Positions 54,084-63,624 of a stretch of DNA of 64,000 nt are shown here, in pieces. Source of the DNA: Thermoplasmatales archaeon (GTDB lineage: Archaea; Thermoplasmatota; E2; DHVEG-1). Location: NCBI GenBank assembly GCA_020350825.1, contig CP070724.1:1316889-1380888 (forward strand), given 5' to 3'. Under the pieces are notes generated by a model, which had not been told where the DNA came from, did not search any database, and saw nothing but the letters and a program-made list of their open reading frames with translations. The position numbers and the translations under genes were made by a program. Numbering within the stretch: position 1 is the first letter of the stretch; each line of letters opens with the position of its first letter.

Positions 54084-54518
54084 ATGGATGTATTGTCAGT
54101 CATCGTAGGCATAATTATTGGAATTATTTCTGTCGGACTTGCAATAGAATTGGGGATGAAGAAGACAAATCCAACACAACCTGGATCACGACCTACACAT
54201 AAATGGAGTTTTTCAGAGATAAAAAATCCCAGGATTATCGCTGAACATATGGGAGATATGGAACTCCCAAAGAACGCGAAAGTAGTTGTAAACCAATACG
54301 ATAACAAAGACCTTCTTAAAGGATTAGAAGTAAAAGAACATTCTGACATACGAGGAAATTATATTCTTGGAGATGATAGAGCGCTTATTTTATCAGGTCC
54401 TATAAAAGAAGATGAGTTAGGCATATGGACTATTGAAAAAGGGATGCTAGATAAACTAAATGAATATTTTGAAGACAGTTGGACCAAAGCAACAAAAATG
54501 AAACATAAAGAGCAGTAG
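54084..54518 (+). CDS. Hypothetical membrane-anchored protein
   Basis: N-terminal TM VLSVIVGIIIGIISVGLAI. No motif recognised in the soluble part. Confidence 0.5.
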   Translation: MDVLSVIVGIIIGIISVGLAIELGMKKTNPTQPGSRPTHKWSFSEIKNPRIIAEHMGDMELPKNAKVVVNQYDNKDLLKGLEVKEHSDIRGNYILGDDRALILSGPIKEDELGIWTIEKGMLDKLNEYFEDSWTKATKMKHKEQ

Positions 54519-54520
54519 AT

Positions 54521-55810
54521 ATGAGCGTTCTCATTAAAGATTGTACCATTCTTACTCAAAATGAAAGAAGACAGCAATTACATGGGAATATTTATGTAGA
54601 AGATAAAGAAGTCGTTCAAATCTCAAAAAAACCTATTCCTATAGAGACAGACTATAAAATTGACGGTAGGAAAAAACTGGTTTTACCTGGCTTAATAAAT
54701 ACTCACACGCACATCCCTATGACCTTGCTGAGAGGATATGGGGACGACATGGTTTTACAGAAATGGCTTGAGGAGAAAATCTGGCCGGTAGAATCAAAAC
54801 TGAATAATGAATCGGTTGAAATAGGTACAAAACTTGGCTTGTTGGAAATGATTGCATCAGGGACAACCTCGTTTCTTGACATGTATTTTTTTGAGGAAAT
54901 TATTGGAAAGATTACAGAAAAAATTGGAACGAGAGGTTTTCTCGGTTTTGCATTAATTGACTCTGGTACACCAGAATATTCTGCAGAGGATTTACTGCCA
55001 AAATGTGAACAGTTTGTTAGAAGATGGAAAAACAAAGATCTCTTACAACCCGTGATCGCACCTCATGCTATTTATACCTGCGGTCCAGAAACACTTCAAA
55101 AATCTCTTGAAATTGCCAATAAACACGATATCCATCTACACATTCATTGTTCTGAAACAAGAGAAGAAGTATATGATGTTCAAAATCGATACGGATTACG
55201 ACCTATCGGTCAGCTTAAAAAATATGGTTTGCTCTGTAAAAAAATGGTTCTAGTTCATTGCGGGTGGATTACAAAAAATGAAATCCTCGATATAAAAAAA
55301 GGGGGTTCAAAGGTTTCCCACAATCCTGTGAGCAATATGAAAATTGCAACAGGAGGGTATGCTCCTATACCCGAACTAATTGAGGCAAATGTTACAGTAG
55401 GTTTAGGCACTGATGGAGCGGCAAGCAATAATACTTTGGATATGTTTGATACCATGAAATTCTGTGCTCTTGTTCATAAACAACATCGCTGGGACCCGAT
55501 CGTCTTACCTGCACAGACAGTTGTCGATTTTGCCACCATCGGTGGTGCAAAATGTCTTGGAGTCGAGAAAGAAATTGGCTCAATTGAAGAAGGAAAAAAA
55601 GCAGATATTATCATGCTAGATTTGAAAAAACCTCATCTTACACCACAGCATGACCTTGTATCACATTTGGTATATTCTGCTCGAGGTAGTGATGTAGTTA
55701 CTACTATTGTCAGCGGAAAACCACTTATGTTAGAAGGAGAATTTTTAACTTTGAATTACGATGAGTTACTTGAGAATGCTGAAAAATGTGCAAAGGAGTT
55801 AACTAGTTAA
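54521..55810 (+). CDS. mtaD: Amidohydrolase, MTA/SAH (5'-deoxyadenosine) deaminase family
   Basis: LPGLINTHTHIPMTLLRGYGDDM.LQKWL, HCSET, LGTDGAASNN. Confidence 0.85.
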   Translation: MSVLIKDCTILTQNERRQQLHGNIYVEDKEVVQISKKPIPIETDYKIDGRKKLVLPGLINTHTHIPMTLLRGYGDDMVLQKWLEEKIWPVESKLNNESVEIGTKLGLLEMIASGTTSFLDMYFFEEIIGKITEKIGTRGFLGFALIDSGTPEYSAEDLLPKCEQFVRRWKNKDLLQPVIAPHAIYTCGPETLQKSLEIANKHDIHLHIHCSETREEVYDVQNRYGLRPIGQLKKYGLLCKKMVLVHCGWITKNEILDIKKGGSKVSHNPVSNMKIATGGYAPIPELIEANVTVGLGTDGAASNNTLDMFDTMKFCALVHKQHRWDPIVLPAQTVVDFATIGGAKCLGVEKEIGSIEEGKKADIIMLDLKKPHLTPQHDLVSHLVYSARGSDVVTTIVSGKPLMLEGEFLTLNYDELLENAEKCAKELTS

Positions 55811-55825
55811 GCTAAATATCAGTTC

Positions 55826-57106
55826 GTGGAAATCATGTTGAGCCTGATTGGGGTAATTATTGCATTTATTATAATTATTATTTTAATCCGTAAAAAGTTT
55901 AATTTTGGTCTTTCTCTTATTTTAGGTTCATTAATTGTTGGGGTATTTTCACTTCAGGAAATAGAATTCATCGATATTCCGAAAGCTATGATTGAGGCAT
56001 CTTTTTATTCATTTAAAACAGATCAAATTGTAACTCAGACCATTGAACTCGCCATGTTGATGACTTTGATTTATGTGCTTGCAAAATCCATGCAGGAGAC
56101 AGGTGCAATTAAGAAATTGATTGACAGTCTTAGAACGTTTTTTTATAAAGGCGGCACGTTAGGTGTAATCCCTGCAGTCTATGGTTTGATGCCTGTGCCA
56201 GGTGGTGCATTATTTTCTGCACCAATGATAAATGAAGAAGGTAAAAAATATCTTCTTGATCAAAATCAAAAAAATTTACTCAATATATGGTTTAGACATA
56301 TCTGGTTTCCAATCTATCCAATTTCATCAGCCATGATTCTTATCTGTAGTGAAAAATTTTCAAATATAAACATATACCGCCTCATCCTGGCAAACATTCC
56401 TGCATTTATAATAATAATCATTATTGGATTTATCCTGCTTAGAAAGTTTATAAGTAATATCCAGAAGCAGCAAACAACTCCTATAAAGGATTACTCGGGC
56501 CTCGTATTTCTTCTACCCCCAATAGTACCCTTAATTTTCTATGGAGTTTTCCAGATCTTCGGTTTTCCTCAGATCAGATCATTTCTTATAGGAATTGTTT
56601 TCAGCATCATTCTTGTATATCTCATAACAAATATAGATCGGAAACACTTTATACAAGTACTTAAAAAATCGCTAACTTGGAAACTAGGTGTTGCCATTTT
56701 TGGGATTATGATATTCAGAGAGATGTTTGAGGTATCAGGAGCAAATGTTGTCATCGCTAATATGATTGATAATTTACCGTTTCCAGCTATTTGGATGGTG
56801 GCCATTATTCCGCTTTTACTCGGTTCACTAACTGGATATAATCTCGGTGCGATAGCATTATCCTATTTCTTGGTAGAACCTTTCTTTTCATTCACAGGTG
56901 TAGGCATAATTGGTTTAACTAGTATAATATTTATGAGCTCATTTGTTGGATATTTAGTATCGCCCATTCATCTGTGCAATGTTCTAAGTAGCGATTACCT
57001 AAAAACAGATACGACGCGCATGTACAAAATGTTCATACCAGCAGCATTATTATTGCTACTAATTCATTCGGTTATTGTAATTCTTTTATCAGTTTTTTTA
57101 AACTAG
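55826..57106 (+). CDS. Polytopic membrane protein (DUF401/TIGR00529-like, transporter-like)
   Basis: About 10-12 hydrophobic segments. The family assignment is from memory only. Confidence 0.5.
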   Translation: MEIMLSLIGVIIAFIIIIILIRKKFNFGLSLILGSLIVGVFSLQEIEFIDIPKAMIEASFYSFKTDQIVTQTIELAMLMTLIYVLAKSMQETGAIKKLIDSLRTFFYKGGTLGVIPAVYGLMPVPGGALFSAPMINEEGKKYLLDQNQKNLLNIWFRHIWFPIYPISSAMILICSEKFSNINIYRLILANIPAFIIIIIIGFILLRKFISNIQKQQTTPIKDYSGLVFLLPPIVPLIFYGVFQIFGFPQIRSFLIGIVFSIILVYLITNIDRKHFIQVLKKSLTWKLGVAIFGIMIFREMFEVSGANVVIANMIDNLPFPAIWMVAIIPLLLGSLTGYNLGAIALSYFLVEPFFSFTGVGIIGLTSIIFMSSFVGYLVSPIHLCNVLSSDYLKTDTTRMYKMFIPAALLLLLIHSVIVILLSVFLN

Positions 57107-57146
57107 AAAGATAAAGCTTTTATAAATACAGGTTTTCCCTGTTTTC

Positions 57147-58733
57147 ATGGAACAGTCCAAGATGCTTGAAAGTCTGAAAAATCCAGCGTTATATGGATCC
57201 AACGTAGAGTCAGTTAATATCCTACAAACCCACATATCTTTTGTAGCTCTAACAGGAGATTTTGCTTATAAAGTGAAAAAGCCAGTGAATTTTGGATTTT
57301 TAGATTTTTCCACGCTTGAGAAAAGGAAATATTTCTGTGAAGAAGAAATGAGATTGAACAGACGACTCTGTCCAGATATCTATCTTGATGTTGTTCCAAT
57401 TACTAAAAATAACAATGAAATTGAATTAAATGGAAAAGGAGAAGTTGTAGATTATGCTTTGAAAATGAAGGAATTTCCTCAAGATAGAATAATGACGTAT
57501 CTGCTAAAACAGGGTGAAATCGATGAAGAAACAATAAGCAAGATTTGTACTATTTTAGTTGATTTTTATAATTCTGGAGAGTGCTCAGATGAGATTGATA
57601 AATATGGGGAAGTCAAGGCTGTCAAACAAAATATAGATGAGAACTTTGAGCAAACAAAATCAGTAGTTGATGTCGCCATTCCAAATGACATCTACAAATA
57701 TATTCAAAATGTATCAAATATGTTCTTTGCTAAGAAAAAAGATATTTTTAAACAACGGATTAAACAGGGATATATACATGATTGCCATGGTGATCTTCAT
57801 TCTGGAAACATTGTTGTTTCTGACAAAATACATATCTTTGATTGCATAGAGTTTAACAAGAGATTCCGGTTTTGTGATTCAGCTTCAGACATAAGTTTTT
57901 TAGCTATGGACCTCGACTATCTGAATTACCCGTTTCTTTCGAGTTATCTCATAAATAATTATGTGGAGAAAAGCAAGGATAAAGGTATTTTTGATGTGCT
58001 GAACTTTTACAAATCCTATAGAGCATATGTGAGAGGCAAGGTTAATGGTTTTAGATTAAATGATACGACTATTAATGAAAAAGAAAAGAAGGAAATAATA
58101 GAAACTGCGAAAAAATACTTTAACTTATCAAATTACTATGCATCGTTGTTTTCTCATGATCTAAATGGCAAGAAGTCTCTTCTTTTCATGGTGTGTGGCC
58201 TAACTGGTACCGGGAAATCTACAATGGCATTAAAGGTTGCTGTTGACTACCATGCACATCAGATCAACACCGATATTGTTAGAAAAGAACTTGCTGGAAT
58301 CGATAAATTTGAAAGACATCATAATAAATTTAACACAGGCCTTTATTCTCCAGAGAAAATTGATTTTACATATGAAAAAGTAATAGAAACAGCAGCAGAT
58401 CTTTTGAAAAAAGGGGAAAACGTTGTTTTAGATGCTACTTTCCAAAAAAAGAAGTATAGAGAGATGGCGAAGAAAGTTGCTGAAGAAAACGAAACTCTTC
58501 TATTATCTATTCAGTGCATCTGTCCAGATGACGTAGTGAAGAAATGGTTAGAGGAACGTCTAAAGAAAAAGTCTATTTCTGATGGACGGTGGGAGATTTA
58601 TCAAAAACAAAAAGAGATGTTTGAGCCCTTTACCTCTAAAGAAGATCACATAACGGTAGATACTTCAGAAGGATCATATGAATATAGGATGGACTTCTTT
58701 AAAAACCTACTAAGTAGAGTACAAGAGGCTTAG
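57147..58733 (+). CDS. Fusion of an aminoglycoside-phosphotransferase-like kinase domain with a P-loop kinase domain
   Basis: IHDCHGDLHSGNIV (HxDxxxxN) in the N-terminal half. Walker A VCGLTGTGKST in the C-terminal half. Confidence 0.7.
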   Translation: MEQSKMLESLKNPALYGSNVESVNILQTHISFVALTGDFAYKVKKPVNFGFLDFSTLEKRKYFCEEEMRLNRRLCPDIYLDVVPITKNNNEIELNGKGEVVDYALKMKEFPQDRIMTYLLKQGEIDEETISKICTILVDFYNSGECSDEIDKYGEVKAVKQNIDENFEQTKSVVDVAIPNDIYKYIQNVSNMFFAKKKDIFKQRIKQGYIHDCHGDLHSGNIVVSDKIHIFDCIEFNKRFRFCDSASDISFLAMDLDYLNYPFLSSYLINNYVEKSKDKGIFDVLNFYKSYRAYVRGKVNGFRLNDTTINEKEKKEIIETAKKYFNLSNYYASLFSHDLNGKKSLLFMVCGLTGTGKSTMALKVAVDYHAHQINTDIVRKELAGIDKFERHHNKFNTGLYSPEKIDFTYEKVIETAADLLKKGENVVLDATFQKKKYREMAKKVAEENETLLLSIQCICPDDVVKKWLEERLKKKSISDGRWEIYQKQKEMFEPFTSKEDHITVDTSEGSYEYRMDFFKNLLSRVQEA

Positions 58734-59755
58734 TGATGCAAATAGAGGGTTATTCTATAGATTTGGAGAAAGTAGCACAAACAATTAAGAAAAAAGGATA
58801 CAAAACAGTGGCAATACAAATTCCTGAGGGATTGAAGAGATATGTATTAAAAATTGTAGAATTTCTAGAATATGAAACGCATGCTACAATGATAGTTTCT
58901 GCAGATCCTTGTTTTGGCGCATGTGATATTGTAAACAATAAACTAAAGAATCTAGATGTCGAGTTTGTTATCCACGTAGGACACACACCTATACCAGAAA
59001 TCGAAAATTATTGTATTCCAACTACTTTTGTTAATGCTCTATCAACTAAAGATATAACTAAAGCTGTTGAAAAATCTTTATCTTTTTTAGAGGGGAAAAG
59101 AATTGGTATTGTTACAACAGCACAACATCTTCACAGTTTAGACGTTGCAGAGAATATTTTACAAAAAAATAATTTTAAACCTATCCTAACTACTGGGGAT
59201 GCGAGGATATCTACAAAAGGTCAGATTTTAGGGTGTGATTTCTCTGCAGGTATGAATATTATAGATAAGGTGGACTGCTTTTTATTCATTGGAAGCGGTA
59301 CGTTTCATCCTGTAGGTCTTTTACTGAGTTCAAAAAAACCTGTTATTGCTGCTGATCCTTATACAAATTCGGTAAAAAAACAAGAGATAGATGAATTAAA
59401 GGATATTATTTTACGACAGAGATATGGTGCAATTGCCAATTCGAAAAATGCAAGTAAGTTTGGAATTTTGGTTGGTTTAAAACGAGGTCAGCAAAGAATG
59501 GATTTAGCTTACAGGGTTAGAAAAACGTTTGATGCTTTTAATAAGAAATCCTTAATTATTGCATTGGATAATTTTTCGCCTATTTCATTGCAGGGTTTTA
59601 GTAATATAGATTGTTTTGTATCCATAGCATGTCCAAGAATTGCAATTGATGACTATCTTCAATATAAGATACCGATTATAACTTCCATAGAGTTGGAAAT
59701 CGTTTTAGGAAAGAGAAAGTGGGAAGACTATAGATTTGATCAGATTCTTGGGTAA
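58733..59755 (+). CDS. dph2: Diphthamide biosynthesis radical-SAM enzyme Dph2
   Basis: The architecture and Cys residues (DPCFGACD, GCDFSAG, IACPRIAIDD) are typical of archaeal Dph2, as is the ~340-aa length. Confidence 0.8.
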   Translation: MMQIEGYSIDLEKVAQTIKKKGYKTVAIQIPEGLKRYVLKIVEFLEYETHATMIVSADPCFGACDIVNNKLKNLDVEFVIHVGHTPIPEIENYCIPTTFVNALSTKDITKAVEKSLSFLEGKRIGIVTTAQHLHSLDVAENILQKNNFKPILTTGDARISTKGQILGCDFSAGMNIIDKVDCFLFIGSGTFHPVGLLLSSKKPVIAADPYTNSVKKQEIDELKDIILRQRYGAIANSKNASKFGILVGLKRGQQRMDLAYRVRKTFDAFNKKSLIIALDNFSPISLQGFSNIDCFVSIACPRIAIDDYLQYKIPIITSIELEIVLGKRKWEDYRFDQILG

Positions 59756-59847
59756 TTTTCAAACCAATATATTTTTTGTAGTTTTATAATATCAAAGTAA
59801 AATTAAATAAAAAAATATAAATAAATATAAGTCCAATTATATTATAG

Positions 59848-60429
59848 ATGGTGAAAAAATCGTATCTAGAAAAAAATAGAATAACGAGAATAACAGGCAT
59901 TTGTGGAATATTGATCCCCATCGTTGTTTTATTGTGCATAGGGCTTGCCATATCGCATTCACCATGGTTTAGGTTCACAGAACATGCTTTTAGTGATCTT
60001 GGGATTGATAGTGTCTCTGCGATATACTTTAACTCTGGCGTGATACTCGGAGGTTCTCTTGTTCTAGTGTTTTCATTAGGACTGATAAAAATATTACAAA
60101 AAAAAACTGGGGCATATATACTTAGTTTAAGCTCAATTGCTCTTATTGGGATAGGAATATTCCCTGAAACAAGCTATACACTACATTTTATTGCTTCAGC
60201 ATCTTTTTTTGTGTTACTTGCGATATCATTCTTAATAATTGGACAAACAATAATACGAGATCAATCTGAACGTGAAATGGGCATACTTGCAACACTTTTT
60301 GCATTAATAGCTGTCGGTTCAACTATTTTCTTGATACCATGGGAGGGCATCGCGATTCCTGAAACATTATCTTGTCTTCCGGCATTCATCTGGTGCATGA
60401 TGTATGGAATAAAAATGACATTTGTATAG
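59848..60429 (+). CDS. DUF998-like membrane protein
   Basis: Six TM segments and the N-terminal SHSPWFRFTEHAFSDLG motif. Confidence 0.55.
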   Translation: MVKKSYLEKNRITRITGICGILIPIVVLLCIGLAISHSPWFRFTEHAFSDLGIDSVSAIYFNSGVILGGSLVLVFSLGLIKILQKKTGAYILSLSSIALIGIGIFPETSYTLHFIASASFFVLLAISFLIIGQTIIRDQSEREMGILATLFALIAVGSTIFLIPWEGIAIPETLSCLPAFIWCMMYGIKMTFV

Positions 60430-60459
60430 AGTTGTTTTTTATCCATTTTTTAAAATGTA

Positions 60460-61239
60460 CTAGAAAGTCATATATATAAATAATGTCCCTGTAATTACCG
60501 GTTGGTGAAACAGATAAATGGCTAACGAATGTTGGCCGAGCCATGAAAACATTGTAACAGGTTTGTATTTTGATAAATCAGGAATCTTAAATCTCCTTTC
60601 ATTGCCCTTGTATAAAAAATGTGCAAGTGAAATTCCAACCAAACAGCCGCCAAACCAAGGAAATAATGGAAAATAATCAATAGTATATTGGGCGATGTCA
60701 GATTGATGCAATCCAACTGCAAGATGGAGAACTGTTGGGTTTTCAATTGTATATTGACCCATTATAATACCTGTAAGAATTATCAACGTTGCAAACAAGA
60801 TATTGTAGGATTTGAATTTAAGAAATGGTATGCTCAATATTATTGAAAAACCAATGCAATGTAAAACTCCAAAGATTATCGGTCTATCCGGTATGAATAT
60901 CATCGTTATTATTGTTATAATCATACCAAGGCCAATTATTTTTAATCCACGCAGAAAAAGACGTTTGTTATATCTTTTTTCGTCGAAGGAAGGTTGATTG
61001 AGTTTCTTATTTTTGCTGACCACTATGCACATACCTAATAGGACAAAAAACATTGCAGGTACAATCTTTTGGAACTGATATATTTGGGTATTCATGGGAA
61101 TAAGCCCAAAATAATCTAAATCCCACAGTATATGAAGAAAAATCATAAAGATAATAGCAAAACCCCGAAGTACATCAAGTTCGACGAATCTACGAGAATG
61201 TGTTTGATATACTGGTTGAATTAACTTAATCAGATCCAT
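60460..61239 (-). CDS. DUF1624 / heparan-alpha-glucosaminide N-acetyltransferase-like membrane protein
   Basis: RFVELDVLRGFAIIFMIFLH N-terminal motif, polytopic. Confidence 0.6.
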   Translation of the reverse strand: MDLIKLIQPVYQTHSRRFVELDVLRGFAIIFMIFLHILWDLDYFGLIPMNTQIYQFQKIVPAMFFVLLGMCIVVSKNKKLNQPSFDEKRYNKRLFLRGLKIIGLGMIITIITMIFIPDRPIIFGVLHCIGFSIILSIPFLKFKSYNILFATLIILTGIIMGQYTIENPTVLHLAVGLHQSDIAQYTIDYFPLFPWFGGCLVGISLAHFLYKGNERRFKIPDLSKYKPVTMFSWLGQHSLAIYLFHQPVITGTLFIYMTF

Positions 61240-61775
61240 GGTGAATTACCTTCTCCTTCCACCTCTTCGTTTATACTGATATTTATTAGCGTGCCAAAAT
61301 TTGTCATTAATTATATTTAAAGCTAACGTGTTAAAATGTCAAAATGAAAAAATCATATTCTTAGGACCCAATCCTTCTCGTTGAAAAAAGGATATGGATA
61401 GTCATTATGTTTCATGTTTTTGGATTCCTGCATGTATTATTTTTAATTTGATTTTTGCGATTTTTGTTGAGACTTCGTTAAGATTAGCTCTTTTAACGCT
61501 TTTTATATTTGCGGCTTTAACTATTTATTGCCCTAATACAACTCCCGTTCAGTGCTAAAATTGGCAGTATATATTATTGTAAAAAGTGATTTTCCTGTTG
61601 TTTTAGATTTTTAGGTCAAAGCTCCTGGTAAACGGATATTTGGTACATTTTTTTATATTGAAGTGTTTTGGTAACCAGTTTGAAAATAATATTTGTACCT
61701 AGATTAAAATACTAAATTCAGGGCTGGCTAACTATAAAAAACCTTTTATTCATTATTCTGCTCACTAAGTTTGAG

Positions 61776-62432
61776 ATGAGTACATTAAAGTTAGGCTGTA
61801 AACCTCTCGACAATCTCCTTGGGGGTGGAATTGAAAGCGGTATAATCACGAAGATATATGGAGAGGCTGGGACAGGTAAAACAAATTTATGTTTACAAGT
61901 TTCTAGAGAATGTGTTGTAGTAGGAAGCAAGGTAGCATATATTGATACAGAAGGTATTTCTGTTGAAAGACTGAAACAGATGTGTACTGATAAATATGAT
62001 TATAAAAAAATACTAGAAAACATTCTCTTTTTTAGCCCTGCATCTTTTGAAAATCAGGAAAAAATGATCCATGACGCAATTAAAGTAAAAGATATGGGAC
62101 TCATTGTTGTTGATACAATAAACATGTTCTATCGTGTTAATTTAGAAGATGACATAGAAGGTGCAATGCGCTCATTTACTAGACAAGTGGCAAATCTACA
62201 AATAGCTGCGAGAGAAAAGGATCTTTACGTTGTTTTAACTGAACAGGTGTACACTGATAAAAACGGTGATATAAAACCATTCACAAATAGGGACACCGAA
62301 CACATGGCCAAAACGATAATCAAGCTAGAGAAAACAGGTATAGGAGAAAGACAGGGTACTGTTATGAAACATCGTTCTCAACCTGAAGGTAAAAAGGCTT
62401 TTTTTAAAATTTGCGCGTCAGGTCTAGAATAA
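61776..62432 (+). CDS. radB: DNA repair and recombination protein RadB
   Basis: LDNLLGGGIESGIITKIYGEAGTGKTNLCLQ (Walker A), LIVVDT (Walker B), and the short RadA paralogue length. Confidence 0.9.
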   Translation: MSTLKLGCKPLDNLLGGGIESGIITKIYGEAGTGKTNLCLQVSRECVVVGSKVAYIDTEGISVERLKQMCTDKYDYKKILENILFFSPASFENQEKMIHDAIKVKDMGLIVVDTINMFYRVNLEDDIEGAMRSFTRQVANLQIAAREKDLYVVLTEQVYTDKNGDIKPFTNRDTEHMAKTIIKLEKTGIGERQGTVMKHRSQPEGKKAFFKICASGLE

Positions 62433-62506
62433 AAAGTTAAATACTTGCATGCTACTAATTAACTAAAATTATTTAATATAGGTCATTATGTGATATTTTA
62501 GACAAA

Positions 62507-63097
62507 ATGGAAGCAAACGAAATAAGCTATAAAACCCTAAGACGAATTCACCAACTAGAAAAAACCTCTTCATTGCTTACAAAAATTGATGTAAATTTTT
62601 ATCATAAACTTTCAGAATATTTAAAAAATCTTGAGAGTATCATTGAACAAGAGGAGAACTCTCAAAAGATCAAACTCTTTAATGATGAAATCCAAAATAC
62701 AAAAAAACTTGCTTTTGGAATATATGAGCTAAGAGAAAAAAAGATAGTCCAAGCTGCACTTTCAAAAGTCCATAGTGCAAAACCAGATTTAAAAAATGCA
62801 TTAGATATTGAAAAAATATTATACGAATCTATTATAGAACAAATTATTCTCTCACGTAAAAAAATTTTAGAAGAAAAGTCAGATGAAGTTAAAAAAGATG
62901 AACCGAAAACAGAAAAATTTAAAAAAGAAGAGAAAAAAAGAAATACCAGTCCTATTGTGAGAGTATTAGAAGATATGCCAGTATTTGTCGGAACAGATAT
63001 GAAAACATATTCACTACGAAAAAATGATGTTTTGACCATATCAAAAGAAATGAAAGATCCTTTAGTAAAAAGAGGTGTAGTAAAACAAATAAAATAG
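62507..63097 (+). CDS. Possible GINS subunit (Gins51/Gins15-like)
   Basis: Alpha-helical N-terminal domain (YKTLRRIHQLEKTSSLLTKIDVNFY), a K/E linker, then a beta-rich C-terminal VRVLEDMPVFVGTDMKTYSLRKNDVLTISKEMKDPLVKRG resembling the Gins51 B domain. Confidence 0.5.
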   Translation: MEANEISYKTLRRIHQLEKTSSLLTKIDVNFYHKLSEYLKNLESIIEQEENSQKIKLFNDEIQNTKKLAFGIYELREKKIVQAALSKVHSAKPDLKNALDIEKILYESIIEQIILSRKKILEEKSDEVKKDEPKTEKFKKEEKKRNTSPIVRVLEDMPVFVGTDMKTYSLRKNDVLTISKEMKDPLVKRGVVKQIK

Positions 63098-63146
63098 TAC
63101 ACCTTACATTTTTATATCACCTCCTTATTACCCATTCAATCGATTT

Positions 63147-63434
63147 GTGATTCATATGCAAAAGCCTCGAAAAATTAAGAGATACTGTCCATCCTGTAAA
63201 AAGCATACGATACACGATGTTGAGAGAATTAAAAAGAAAAAAGCCAGCGAACTGAAACAAGGTCAGAGGCGATTTAGACGAGTAATGAAAGGCTATAGAG
63301 GATTTCCAAGACCAAAGCCAGAAGGTAGGGAAAAAACAAGCAGACGTGTAGCATTAAGATACGCCTGCAATGTATGTCATAAGATACATCAACCCCCAAG
63401 TATAAGGTCAAAAAAGTTTGAGGTGGGGGAATAA
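63147..63434 (+). CDS. rpl44e: 50S ribosomal protein L44e
   Basis: YCPSCKKHTIHDVERIKKKKASELKQGQRRF...CNVCHK zinc-ribbon pattern. Confidence 0.9.
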   Translation: MIHMQKPRKIKRYCPSCKKHTIHDVERIKKKKASELKQGQRRFRRVMKGYRGFPRPKPEGREKTSRRVALRYACNVCHKIHQPPSIRSKKFEVGE

Positions 63435-63437
63435 ATT

Positions 63438-63614
63438 ATGCAAAAACCAAGAAGTAAGTTCATTAAAGTAAGATGTAATGATTGTGAGAATGAACAAGTT
63501 ATATTTGACAAGTGTAGTACTACAATATTGTGTCACATATGTGGCAGTAAACTTGCTACTCCCAGTGGTGGGAAGGCGAAAATAAAAGGAAAGATTTTAG
63601 AAACTGTTGAATAG
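63438..63614 (+). CDS. rps27e: 30S ribosomal protein S27e (58 aa, not in the ORF track)
   Basis: MQKPRSKFIKVRCNDCENEQVIFDKCSTTILCHICGSKLATPSGGKAKIKGKILETVE has the C4 zinc ribbon, in the conserved order L44e-S27e-eIF2alpha. Confidence 0.9.
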   Translation: MQKPRSKFIKVRCNDCENEQVIFDKCSTTILCHICGSKLATPSGGKAKIKGKILETVE

Positions 63615-63624
63615 GTATATTTGT

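Noticed and set aside
61240-61775. The long AT-rich spacer near radB considered as a replication origin.
   Set aside because: There is no orc1/cdc6 gene nearby and I could find no repeated ORB-like elements or flanking inverted repeats. This is insufficient evidence.
62662-63102. 146-aa minus-strand ORF antisense to the GINS-like gene.
   Set aside because: It is a hydrophobic, low-complexity shadow of a K/E-rich sense frame. The sense ORF has domain-like organisation.
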